Assembly: GCF_003130405.1 (NCBI RefSeq)
Contig: NZ_QEAS01000001.1
Span: 111,276 to 175,275 of the forward strand
Source: Pararcticibacter amylolyticus
GTDB lineage: Bacteria > Bacteroidota > Bacteroidia > Sphingobacteriales > Sphingobacteriaceae
DNA length: 64,000 bases
Direction of reading: 5' to 3'
This document shows, one piece after another, positions 21,121 to 30,359 of this stretch; position 1 is the first letter of the stretch, and each line of letters opens with the position of its first letter. The position numbers and the translations under genes are program-made. The notes below the pieces were generated by a model that was not told the DNA's origin, made no database searches, and was given only the letters and a program-made list of their open reading frames with translations.

Positions 21121-22878
21121 ATGAAAATAAAAACCAAGCTGAGACTGGGATTTGGCTTTCTGTTTGTCATTATCATGGCATTCGGTGCGATGGGCATTTA
21201 CTATATCAACCGGATATCTGAAAGCTCGAAAGTGATCCTGAAAGATAACTACGAAACACTCCGGTATACCCGTGCAATGGAGGAGATCCTGAATGAGCAC
21301 AACGTTCCTCTTAAGGGCGGAGCATTAAAAACATTTAACAGCAACTTCCTTTCTGAGTCCCGCAATGTCACCGAAGAAGGAGAAAGCGAAGAAGTGCTGG
21401 CACTTAAGGAGCAGGTTAAGATCCTTAACAGCAGCACAACCTCTGCCACCGGACGGGACGCTGCTCTGCGGCGGGTAAGAAAACATCTTCTGAATATTGA
21501 AGACCTTAACATGCAGGCTATAGTGAGGAAGAACAATGCCGCACAGGAGTCGGTTAATAAAGCCGCTGCTTACCTGGGGTTAATAGGCTCGTTCACGTTC
21601 CTGATACTATTTACCTTTGTTGTCAATTTTCCCGGCTATGTTGCAAATCCGATCAGGGAGCTCTCTGAAGGCATCAGGCAGATCAGCCGCAGGAACTACA
21701 AACAAAGGCTGCATTTCAAAACAAATGATGAGTTCGCCGAACTTGCTGCTTCATTCAACGAAATGGCCTCGCGTCTTGATGAGTGGGAAAACAGCAGCCT
21801 GGCAACGATCAGGTCTGAAAAACTACGTATAGAGGCAATCATAGAAAACATGCACGACCCGATCATAGGCCTGAACGAGAAAGCAGAAGTGCTTTTCATT
21901 AATAAAGCGGCGGAAAACATCCTGAACCTCGATCAGCAAAAAACAACAGGTCAGGTAGCTACGGAAATAGCCGCCGGGAATGACCTGCTAAGGACCATCC
22001 TCGATAAAAACGCGAACGACAGGTTACTTAAGATCTTTGCCAACGGAAAAGAATCATTCTTCAGCATGGAAAGCCGCGAGATAGAGGTACCGGCCTACCC
22101 GGCGGGAGATACGGAAAGAGCATTCCAGGTAACTTCTGTCCCGGCGGGAACTGTGTATATTTTACGGAATATCACAGAATTTAAGGAGCGGGATGAAGCT
22201 AAGACCAACTTCATAGCAACTATATCACATGAGCTTAAAACACCCATCTCATCCATCAAGATGAGCCTGAAGCTCCTTAAAGACCAGCGTGTGGGAAATT
22301 TAAACGGGGAGCAGGATGAGCTGATCTCGCATATTAAAGATGATACTGACCGGTTACTAAAGATCACCACCGAGCTTCTTGACCTCTCGCAAGTTGAAAC
22401 AGGGAACATCCAACTGAACCTCAAGCGTACACATCCCCTTGAAATCGTGAACTATGCCATAGAGGCAATGCGCTTTCAGTCCGAACAGAAAGGCGTGCAG
22501 CTTGAGCTCATCAGCAGGCACCACCTTCCGGATATCAATATAGACACTGAAAAAACTGCGTGGGTACTCATCAACTTCCTTTCGAATGCACTCCGTTACA
22601 GCAGCGAAAAGTCAAAGATCATTATCCAGTTGAACCAGGTGAACGGTGAGATTGAGTTTTCGGTAAAAGATTTCGGAAAGGGAATTGAAGATCAATACAT
22701 TCAGCGACTCTTCGACCGTTATTTCCAGATTCCTGCAGATGGGCAAAATAAGTCGGGATCGGGCCTGGGGCTGGCAATCTCTAAAGAGTTCATAGAGGCC
22801 CAAAACGGCAGGATATGGGTAGAAAGCGCATTGGGAGAGGGCAGTAAATTCAGTTTTGCTATTCCTGCAGCCGGCTGA
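21121..22878 (+). CDS. Sensor histidine kinase (two TM segments, HAMP, PAS-like, HisKA, HATPase), the likely kinase half of a split KdpD
   Basis: TM1 and TM2 flank a periplasmic loop. There is a HAMP-like segment, an H-box ISHELKTPISSI and C-terminal N/G1/G2 boxes (GSGLGLAISKEFIEAQNGRIWVES). Confidence 0.8.
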   Translation: MKIKTKLRLGFGFLFVIIMAFGAMGIYYINRISESSKVILKDNYETLRYTRAMEEILNEHNVPLKGGALKTFNSNFLSESRNVTEEGESEEVLALKEQVKILNSSTTSATGRDAALRRVRKHLLNIEDLNMQAIVRKNNAAQESVNKAAAYLGLIGSFTFLILFTFVVNFPGYVANPIRELSEGIRQISRRNYKQRLHFKTNDEFAELAASFNEMASRLDEWENSSLATIRSEKLRIEAIIENMHDPIIGLNEKAEVLFINKAAENILNLDQQKTTGQVATEIAAGNDLLRTILDKNANDRLLKIFANGKESFFSMESREIEVPAYPAGDTERAFQVTSVPAGTVYILRNITEFKERDEAKTNFIATISHELKTPISSIKMSLKLLKDQRVGNLNGEQDELISHIKDDTDRLLKITTELLDLSQVETGNIQLNLKRTHPLEIVNYAIEAMRFQSEQKGVQLELISRHHLPDINIDTEKTAWVLINFLSNALRYSSEKSKIIIQLNQVNGEIEFSVKDFGKGIEDQYIQRLFDRYFQIPADGQNKSGSGLGLAISKEFIEAQNGRIWVESALGEGSKFSFAIPAAG

Positions 22879-22880
22879 CA

Positions 22881-24221
22881 CTACTTCGCTGCAGGGATCT
22901 TATATTCTTCCATCTTCCGGTATAAGGTGGTGAGCCCTATCCCAAGAAGCCTGGCAGTCTCCGTTTTATTCCCACCGGTATGGCTCAGTACCTTCATAAT
23001 ATGCTGCTTTTCCATGGTTTGCATATCAAAAACAGGCCCGTCGGGCAATGAGGCATTAAAACCTGCAGGAAGGAGATCTGCCGTAGCTACCGGCTCATCT
23101 GCAAGAATCGCGACACGTTCCATCACATTTTTCAGTTCGCGTATATTTCCTTTCCAGGGATGTGTGTTCAATGCCCGGATAAATCCGGAGTCCATCGAAA
23201 AGGGCGGCTTATTCATCTTCTCAGCAAAATCATCCAGGTAATATCCTGCGAGTATTCCGATATCTTCCCTCCTTTCCGAAAGAGATGGCAGGGCTATTGT
23301 AAAGACCGACAGCCTGTAAAAAAGGTCTTCTCTGAAATTCCCTTTCTCAGCCTCTCTCTGCAGGTCGAGGTTAGTCGCCGCAATAATTCTCACATCAACC
23401 GTAGTTGGCTTTGTGTCTCCTACTTTGATGAAGCTTTGACTTTCCAGTACACGAAGCAGCCTCGCCTGCAGGGATAGATTCATCTCTCCTATTTCATCCA
23501 GAAAGATTGTTCCGTTATTTGCTTCTTCAAGGAGCCCCTTCTTATCTTTCAGCGCCCCTGTGAAAGCGCCTGCTTTATATCCAAAAAGTTCACTTTCGAG
23601 CAATTCGCTGCTAAAGCCGCTGCAATTTACAGCAATAAAGGCTTTTTCTGCCCGGGGACTTCCATAATGAATGGCATTGGCAAACACTTCCTTACCCGTT
23701 CCCGTTTCGCCCTGCAGCAAAACTGTCGTATTAGTTTTAGACACCCTTAATGACAGTTCAACCGCCTTTTTTATAGCAGCCGACCGGCCGATTACCTGAT
23801 CGAATCCATATTTCCTTTTGGTTTTGTCGCGGGGGAAGGCTTTATTGCCTCCCAGGCGTACCTTCTCCATTGCCTTAGCCACAAGCGGGATGATCTTATC
23901 ATTATCATCTCCCTTGGTGATATAGTCGAAGGCCCCCCTTTTGATAGCAGAAACGCCGTCTTCGATGCTGCCAAACGCCGTGAGGTTTATCACTTCAACA
24001 AATGGCTTGCTTTGCTTTATTAAGCGGACAAGTTCTATCCCGTTGATGTCGGGCAGTTTCACATCACTGAGAACAACGTCGACGTCCTCCTGGTTGAGTA
24101 TCCTCAGACCGTCTTTTGCTGTATACGCCTGTAAAAGACGGTAGCCTTCCAGCTCAAGGATCCGGGAAAGAAGTCCGGCCAGTTTCTTTTCGTCATCTAT
24201 CACCAGTATCGTGCCTTCCAT
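22881..24221 (-). CDS. Sigma-54-dependent Fis-family response regulator (NtrC-like)
   Basis: A receiver (MEGTILVIDDE ... D), an AAA+ sigma-54 activation domain (GETGTGKE, GAFTGA-like) and a C-terminal Fis HTH. Its stop is 3 bp from the stop of the convergent kinase. The start was chosen at MEGTIL (24221) rather than the longer ORF. Confidence 0.85.
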   Translation of the reverse strand: MEGTILVIDDEKKLAGLLSRILELEGYRLLQAYTAKDGLRILNQEDVDVVLSDVKLPDINGIELVRLIKQSKPFVEVINLTAFGSIEDGVSAIKRGAFDYITKGDDNDKIIPLVAKAMEKVRLGGNKAFPRDKTKRKYGFDQVIGRSAAIKKAVELSLRVSKTNTTVLLQGETGTGKEVFANAIHYGSPRAEKAFIAVNCSGFSSELLESELFGYKAGAFTGALKDKKGLLEEANNGTIFLDEIGEMNLSLQARLLRVLESQSFIKVGDTKPTTVDVRIIAATNLDLQREAEKGNFREDLFYRLSVFTIALPSLSERREDIGILAGYYLDDFAEKMNKPPFSMDSGFIRALNTHPWKGNIRELKNVMERVAILADEPVATADLLPAGFNASLPDGPVFDMQTMEKQHIMKVLSHTGGNKTETARLLGIGLTTLYRKMEEYKIPAAK

Positions 24222-24331
24222 AAACAATATTATTTTGTAAATTAACGAATTAAAAAGATCAGGGTGCAAATTAAAGAAAGCTGTATCTTTTTTTCCCGGC
24301 CAACGTATAAGGGTAAATCTAATTAACGCAT

Positions 24332-25576
24332 ATGATTGTAAATAGTGGGGCACTTACTCAGCAGCCAAACGCCTGCATTTCTGTTTGTGGTATACCTCAA
24401 AAGCCGGATCATCATCAAAAAGCGGATCTAAGCGGACAATTAAAAGAATTTTTTACTCATATATTTAATACCGACAGCTGGCCTGCCAGATGGCATTGCG
24501 GAATCTGGAGCGACTTTCATGGCTGGCTGTATATTCTGTCGGACTTCGCTATCTGGGCTGCATATTTTGCTATTCCATTCCTTCTCTACCGTATTATCAG
24601 CAAGAGGAAAGACCTTCCCTTTCCAAAAATGCTGTGGTTGTTTAGTGCATTTATCTTCCTTTGCGGGACAAGCCACTTCCTTGATGCGGTGATCTTCTGG
24701 TGGCCGGCTTACAGGCTGAGTGCACTTGTCCGCTTTGCCACGGCAGCGGTATCAATCAGCACCGTTTTCGCCCTGTATAAAGCACTTCCAATGATTTTTA
24801 ACCTGAGAACAGTAGACCAGCTTGAAGCTGAAATCTGCGAGCGAAAAAAAGCAGAAGAAGAGACCCGTCATCTCCAGATACATAAAAAAGCGGCTGAAGA
24901 TCTCATGGCTAAAAAAGATGAGTTTATCAGCATTGCCAGCCACGAACTAAAAACACCGGTTACCAGTGTAAAAGCATGCCTGCAGTTATTGGAAAGAGCT
25001 GCCCTTAAGGAGCAGAGCCTGAAAGACCTGTCGCCATTTGTAACTAAGGCCGTCAGACAGATAGACAAACTCTCTCATATTGTCAACGACCTTCTGGATG
25101 TATCGCGGATACAATCGGGACAGCTGGAACTATACAAGACCAGTTTTAACCTGATGGAAATGATAAAAGACTGTGCTGACCAATTCAGAATCATGGACAG
25201 CAGACACTCCATCAGAATAGACGGAGATCCGCATCTGACCGTTCTTGCAGACAGGAGCCGGCTGGACCAGGTAATATGCAACCTGCTTACCAATGCGTTC
25301 AAATATTCACCAGGGAATAAACTGGTAATCATTTCTCTTAAGCCTTCGGAAAATGACACAGTAAAGATTGAGATAACCGACCATGGGATTGGCATTCCGG
25401 AGGAAAAATCCAAACAGATCTTCGACCGCTTCTACCGTGTGGAAGATACGTCCCAGTATTTCCAGGGCGTGGGCCTAGGTCTGTATATTGCATCTCAGAT
25501 AGTAAAACAGCACGGCGGCACGATAGGGGTAAACAGTACTCCGGGTAAAGGCTCAACATTCTGGTTCACCATCTGA
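24332..25576 (+). CDS. Histidine kinase with an N-terminal ethylene-binding-domain-like (ETR1-type) 3-TM sensor, then coiled-coil, HisKA and HATPase
   Basis: Residues around 60-160 align by eye to the Arabidopsis ETR1 transmembrane ethylene-binding domain. ILSDFAIWAAYFAIPF matches ISDFFIALAYFSIPL, PFPKMLWLFSAFIFLCGTSHFLDAVIFW matches [28 protein letters not shown], and there is a third helix. The Cu(I)-ligand Cys and His (CGxxH, coding 24662..24676) and the Asp, Tyr and Ile-Pro positions are conserved. There is no GAF domain. The H-box is ISIASHELKTPVTSV. Confidence 0.8.
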   Translation: MIVNSGALTQQPNACISVCGIPQKPDHHQKADLSGQLKEFFTHIFNTDSWPARWHCGIWSDFHGWLYILSDFAIWAAYFAIPFLLYRIISKRKDLPFPKMLWLFSAFIFLCGTSHFLDAVIFWWPAYRLSALVRFATAAVSISTVFALYKALPMIFNLRTVDQLEAEICERKKAEEETRHLQIHKKAAEDLMAKKDEFISIASHELKTPVTSVKACLQLLERAALKEQSLKDLSPFVTKAVRQIDKLSHIVNDLLDVSRIQSGQLELYKTSFNLMEMIKDCADQFRIMDSRHSIRIDGDPHLTVLADRSRLDQVICNLLTNAFKYSPGNKLVIISLKPSENDTVKIEITDHGIGIPEEKSKQIFDRFYRVEDTSQYFQGVGLGLYIASQIVKQHGGTIGVNSTPGKGSTFWFTI

Positions 25577-25580
25577 CGCC

Positions 25581-26360
25581 CTATAGCAGAAAGGCTTTAA
25601 GCGCTTTCTTTGCATAGTTTCCCCAGTCTTTTAATGCCGACATGATGGTTTCCCTCAACTGCATGGAGTTTACCTGCTTCCCTTTGGCAGGGGCTGCCAG
25701 TGCATTAGGCAGCACAGACTGGTCGCTTACCTTCGTGGCAAACCAGGTGATGTTCTCATGCGGAAGAGCTACTCCCAGAATCATACCCGGCAGGCCGGAG
25801 AAAGATTCAGGGCCACCCGACACAGGAATTTTGTCTGTATAAAAGGCCACCACATAAATGGAATCGAGAATAAGAGCGTTGGCACGGCGGCATTGATAGC
25901 CCGCTATTTCCCGCGTTTGATCCGTTATCTTCCAGTTGATCCTGCGAATGTTGTCTTTAACAAGAAAGGTTTCTTCGTACACATGCTTCTGAATAATGCT
26001 GGTTCCGGCCGACAGGTTGGAGTATACGGAATTGTTCTGCTTCACCATCGGATCGTTCGACCAAAGCCGCTGGTTCCCTTCCTGCTCTTCCGCAGGTTTA
26101 AACAACGTGATATTTTTCGAAAAGGTCAGCGTACTTTTCATCTTAAGAAACTGAGGCTGGCTTTTTACATATTGCTCGTAAGCCTGTTGCCAGAATGAAT
26201 CCCCGGCGTTGTCTGCCATGTCTTTTTTGATCAGGGCGTACATATTCACGCTCTTTTCAAATTCAATCACCCCATCCGTAACAAATCGTACATACTGGGC
26301 AAAACATATATTGCAGCTCACCAGTAAAAACAAGCTCAGAATAATTATTTTCTGTTTCAT
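25581..26360 (-). CDS. GLPGLI-family protein (TIGR01200-like)
   Basis: 259 aa with a signal peptide and the family-defining motif FSGLPGMILGVALPHE near the C-terminal third. It is 8 bp from the upstream beta-barrel gene on the same strand. Confidence 0.7.
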   Translation of the reverse strand: MKQKIIILSLFLLVSCNICFAQYVRFVTDGVIEFEKSVNMYALIKKDMADNAGDSFWQQAYEQYVKSQPQFLKMKSTLTFSKNITLFKPAEEQEGNQRLWSNDPMVKQNNSVYSNLSAGTSIIQKHVYEETFLVKDNIRRINWKITDQTREIAGYQCRRANALILDSIYVVAFYTDKIPVSGGPESFSGLPGMILGVALPHENITWFATKVSDQSVLPNALAAPAKGKQVNSMQLRETIMSALKDWGNYAKKALKAFLL

Positions 26361-26367
26361 GATATTT

Positions 26368-29160
26368 CTATTGTTTAGGAGCTCCGCCCATCTTGTTAAA
26401 ATCCCAGATAAGCGACAGCATAAAGTATCTTCTGATATTCGTATAGTTTGTTTCCGTCAGGGAAGTCCCTGAAGCATAGCGGTCAAACCCTTTATTCTGG
26501 TTCAGCAAATCATACCCTTTAAGAGATAAGCGCAACTGGTCCTTTTTGGTGAACGTTTTGTCTAAAGAGGCATTCCAGATAAAGCGCCTGAAATCGCTGT
26601 TAAAGGACTCTGTCTTCTCGCGGTATTCATAATTCCCGTCAGATGACAATTGCAGTTTCCAGGGCAGATAAACCATAAACTCCCCCCGCGAGAAATATCC
26701 CATCCCATTATTATTTAAGTTCTTCTGAAGGGAAGATTCACTGATGTTATAGTTAGGGTTAAATGATACATTGAACTGGTACTTCTTCTCTTTATATTTT
26801 GACAGGGAGATCCCTCCTGAATAACTATATGAGTTGGTTTTGTTGAGGGCGCTGTTTATATAATTATAGCTCGTATTACCACTTACATAGAAGTTAAGGC
26901 CCGCATTGACCCCAAGTTTTTTTAGTTTGCGGTCGAAATAAGCACTGAGATACATGTTGGTAGAATTCTTGTCTTTGAGATTGAACGACCTGTAGATGCT
27001 GTTTCCGGAGGAGTCTATAACAGAGTTATTCACAATAGGATCCATCGTAAAACCGTAGGACCCGCTGATCCAGATAGATCTTTCTGTCAGCACTTTGTAG
27101 GAGTTATAGTTCATATCAAAACGGTTCGTAAAAGAAGGCTTCAGGTCTGGATTCCCCTCTGTCACATTCAGAGGATCAGTATTTTCACGCAAAGGCTGGA
27201 TCTGGCTGATTCCCGGCTGGTTAGTATTTCCCCTGTAGCTTACCCGGTACGAACGCTGCTGGGAGAACCTATGCTGAAGACTTGCTTCAGGCATCCAGTT
27301 TGTGAAACTCCGTTTAAACCGGGAACCCCTATATTCGTCTTTCTGATTAAAGTTCACTGCTGAAACGCGGCTGCCGAAGTTGACGGTCGTTTTCTGCCCT
27401 TTCCTGTAGTTAAAGATCATCCCTCCCTGGTTAGAATACTGATTGAAGGTATAGTTATTACTGTATGCGGTATCCAACTGGTCGTATCTTCCATCAGTAG
27501 ACAGGTTAAAAGACCTTCTGTCTGATTGATTGCTGTTGCCCGAAAACCCATAGTTCAATACAACAGAAAAATTTTTCGCAAGGGGTTCTGTATAGGTCAG
27601 ATTGCCCCTAAATGACTCGTTATCAGCATCGCCTGTTTTATATTGATCAATATCTCTTACACCTGTGGAATCCCCGTTTTTATAGTACCTGATCCGGGAA
27701 GCCAAAAAACCTTTACTATCGTTCTGGTTAATCGAGCCGTTAAGATTCAGCGAGAGTGTCCTGCCCTTTTTTCTAAACTTCATGGTCCAGAGCGCACTGG
27801 CGTTGAAAACCTTACTATCACCGTTGTTCGTAACCCTCCTGTTTTCATCGTTCAGCATCATTTCGTCCCCGTTCCTGTTGAAAGAAGCATAATTGGTCCG
27901 GGTCTCATTTCTCTTTGCGGTACCGTCAACGGATACCCTTAAAGTAGAGGTGGTATCAAACTTCACCTGGTAGGTAACATCCAGTTTTTGGCGGGTGACG
28001 AAATTATCAAATAACTGGCTGGAGTTACCGAGGATCACACCATCCGACAGATTTTTCTGTGAAAGGACATCCTTTGAACCCTCTACACCAAGCGACCCTA
28101 TTTTATAATTTGCATTGACAGACTGTTTGTCGTTATTCCATTTACTGTCGTAATGAGCTCCTGCATTCTTTGCACTGGGGATCCCTTCGCCGTTATACCG
28201 TCCGTCAAAAGAATCCAGCTCATCCCCACCGCCGCCCATAATCATAATCCCGCCGTCATCTGTAAACTCGACATTCGAAGCAGCTCCGTATTTTGTGTTG
28301 TCGTTCCAGCCCAGACCGGTCTTCCCGGTATTCGAGATGGTTCCATATACTGCAAACTTCTTCTTACCCTTAAAGGCATTAAACATGGCCTGTCCTTCGT
28401 AGAACTGGTCATTGCCCCCTCCTACATCCGACTTTCCAAAAAATCCGTTCTTCTTATCTTCCTTTAATTTCAGGTTTATAGTCTTGGTCCTTTCTCCGTC
28501 ATCTATCCCGGTAAAGGTTGCCTGATCGCTCTTTTTGTCGTACAACTGCACCTTATCCACCATATCGGCCCTCACGTTTTTAGTCACAAGTGTGGGGTCG
28601 TCACCAAAAAATTCTTCCCCGTCTACGAGCACCTTCTGAACCGTCTGCCCCTGTGCGGTTATCTTCCCGCTTTGGTCAACCTGGATTCCCGGCAACTGCT
28701 TGAGCAAGTCTTCCACCTTAGAGTTTGGCTGAATTTCGAAACTCCCGGCATTGTACTCGGTGGTATCCCCTTTTATCTTAATGGCAACGGCCTTCCCTTT
28801 TATAATCACGTCCTGCAGCAGGGTCGACTTCAGGATCATGTTAATATTACCGAAATCGATCTCTCTTTTAGTTGAGTCAAGGATAAAATGCTCTACATAA
28901 TCAGCATAACCGGGATAGGTTACCAGCAGGATAAGCTTACCTTTCGGCAAACCGGAGATAGAAAAGGCCCCTTCGCGGGATGCCCTGGTGAACTTGCAAA
29001 GAACAGAATCTTTAGCTCTTAACACGCTTACCGAGGTATTAAGCAATTTGATTGAGGAGGCGGTATCGCCGACAACGCCTTTGACGGAAAAGCCGCTTTG
29101 TGCGGACAGACAGGCTGGCAGCAAAAAAAACAGGCTCAGGAGAATTTTTTTGGCTAACAT
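26368..29160 (-). CDS. Outer-membrane beta-barrel family protein with an N-terminal carboxypeptidase-regulatory-like domain (OMP_b-brl_3-type architecture)
   Basis: 930 aa with a signal peptide and a CarboxypepD_reg-like beta-sandwich (GFSVKGVVGDTASSIKLLNTSVSVL). It has a TonB-receptor-like plug region but no obvious TonB box. A long N/S/T/Y-rich beta-barrel ends in an aromatic-rich C-terminus (LSLIWDFNK). Confidence 0.65.
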   Translation of the reverse strand: MLAKKILLSLFFLLPACLSAQSGFSVKGVVGDTASSIKLLNTSVSVLRAKDSVLCKFTRASREGAFSISGLPKGKLILLVTYPGYADYVEHFILDSTKREIDFGNINMILKSTLLQDVIIKGKAVAIKIKGDTTEYNAGSFEIQPNSKVEDLLKQLPGIQVDQSGKITAQGQTVQKVLVDGEEFFGDDPTLVTKNVRADMVDKVQLYDKKSDQATFTGIDDGERTKTINLKLKEDKKNGFFGKSDVGGGNDQFYEGQAMFNAFKGKKKFAVYGTISNTGKTGLGWNDNTKYGAASNVEFTDDGGIMIMGGGGDELDSFDGRYNGEGIPSAKNAGAHYDSKWNNDKQSVNANYKIGSLGVEGSKDVLSQKNLSDGVILGNSSQLFDNFVTRQKLDVTYQVKFDTTSTLRVSVDGTAKRNETRTNYASFNRNGDEMMLNDENRRVTNNGDSKVFNASALWTMKFRKKGRTLSLNLNGSINQNDSKGFLASRIRYYKNGDSTGVRDIDQYKTGDADNESFRGNLTYTEPLAKNFSVVLNYGFSGNSNQSDRRSFNLSTDGRYDQLDTAYSNNYTFNQYSNQGGMIFNYRKGQKTTVNFGSRVSAVNFNQKDEYRGSRFKRSFTNWMPEASLQHRFSQQRSYRVSYRGNTNQPGISQIQPLRENTDPLNVTEGNPDLKPSFTNRFDMNYNSYKVLTERSIWISGSYGFTMDPIVNNSVIDSSGNSIYRSFNLKDKNSTNMYLSAYFDRKLKKLGVNAGLNFYVSGNTSYNYINSALNKTNSYSYSGGISLSKYKEKKYQFNVSFNPNYNISESSLQKNLNNNGMGYFSRGEFMVYLPWKLQLSSDGNYEYREKTESFNSDFRRFIWNASLDKTFTKKDQLRLSLKGYDLLNQNKGFDRYASGTSLTETNYTNIRRYFMLSLIWDFNKMGGAPKQ

Positions 29161-29257
29161 TACATTGGTTTTTCTGACGCCAATGTATAACTAATTTCTT
29201 AGTCACCAAAATGTTTAACACTTATTAACAGATTTTAAAACACTCACCAACAATATT

Positions 29258-30346
29258 TTAAAACTGCGGCGATTTTACAGGCTTCATCGGGTTGGCAGCA
29301 AACCATTGCATGAAACCGTCCCATTTTACCTTGTTCCTTGCAAGCCAGAAATTAAACGTGATTTCGTCGCCTTTCAGTAGCAGCCAATGGTTGTAAGCTT
29401 CGAAATGTCCTGCATCAGCAATGCGTTTCTGGTAGTCAAAAAGTGCATTAGGATATGCTTTGTTAAAGGAGTCGTTAAAATATCTCTCCATGAAGCTCGT
29501 CCTGATCCTGTCGAGCGAATTAATGTCGATCGTTTTTTCGTTTTTCAGGGCCAGCAGCAGCAAAGGCTCATACGCGCCCATACCGAACGGAAGCTTCATC
29601 TTGTTTCCGCTGTTGAAATTACCCATATCAATTGCAGCACTTTTACTGAAACTTACACTGTAAGAACTATCGGGCATCAGTTTGATCTCACTTTTGTAAG
29701 TATCAAACAACAGCTTACTGATCTCTGCAGTCCTGTCGCTGTTACGCTCAATATTCATGAAGATTTCCCCATAGATCATCCCCTTTACTTCTTCGGTAGA
29801 GCCGCAATATATCTTTGAAGCCCAGTAATAGTTTGACGCAAACCCGGGTGCCATCTCAATACCTTTCTCGTAATAAGGCAGTGCCTGCGTATACCGCTTT
29901 TGCATTAACTCCATATTTGCCCGCTCCAGGTAGAGCTCTCCGGCAGAAGGAAACTTTTTTATTCCTTCTTCATACGTACTGACAGCCTTTCCCCTGTCGC
30001 CATTCAAGTCGTATGAATTACCGAGCAGCTGATAAACCCTTCCGAAACAATCCTTATGAACCAGCAGCGCGGTCAGAATCTCTATACTTTTTGCATACTC
30101 TTTCTTCAGATAATATGCATAAGCCGATTCATAGGGATAAATAATATTCCCCGGATCGAGCTGCATGCATTCTTTAAGAAGCTGAAGAGATTCATCGGCC
30201 TTGCCGCTGTCCATTAATTCAATAGCCTGATCGCCTTTCTTTGCAGCGCGTTCGATGTTTGTCTGGGAGAAGACGCAGGAGCAGGCAAAAAGAAGGAAGA
30301 AGAGAAGACAGGTGCTATATTTCATTTTAAGGAATTTGAGAATCAA
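29258..30346 (-). CDS. TPR-repeat protein with a C-terminal domain of unknown function
   Basis: A signal peptide or lipobox-like N-terminus (LLFACSCVFSQ). TPR-like helices fill the first approximately 180 aa. Confidence 0.5.
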   Translation of the reverse strand: MILKFLKMKYSTCLLFFLLFACSCVFSQTNIERAAKKGDQAIELMDSGKADESLQLLKECMQLDPGNIIYPYESAYAYYLKKEYAKSIEILTALLVHKDCFGRVYQLLGNSYDLNGDRGKAVSTYEEGIKKFPSAGELYLERANMELMQKRYTQALPYYEKGIEMAPGFASNYYWASKIYCGSTEEVKGMIYGEIFMNIERNSDRTAEISKLLFDTYKSEIKLMPDSSYSVSFSKSAAIDMGNFNSGNKMKLPFGMGAYEPLLLLALKNEKTIDINSLDRIRTSFMERYFNDSFNKAYPNALFDYQKRIADAGHFEAYNHWLLLKGDEITFNFWLARNKVKWDGFMQWFAANPMKPVKSPQF

Positions 30347-30359
30347 AACGGAATTATTG

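Noticed and set aside
22881-24353. Long N-terminal extension of the sigma-54 regulator ORF (start at 24353)
   Set aside because: The extension would run into the divergent kinase gene and lacks receiver-domain features. The MEGTILVIDDE start at 24221 gives a canonical receiver N-terminus.
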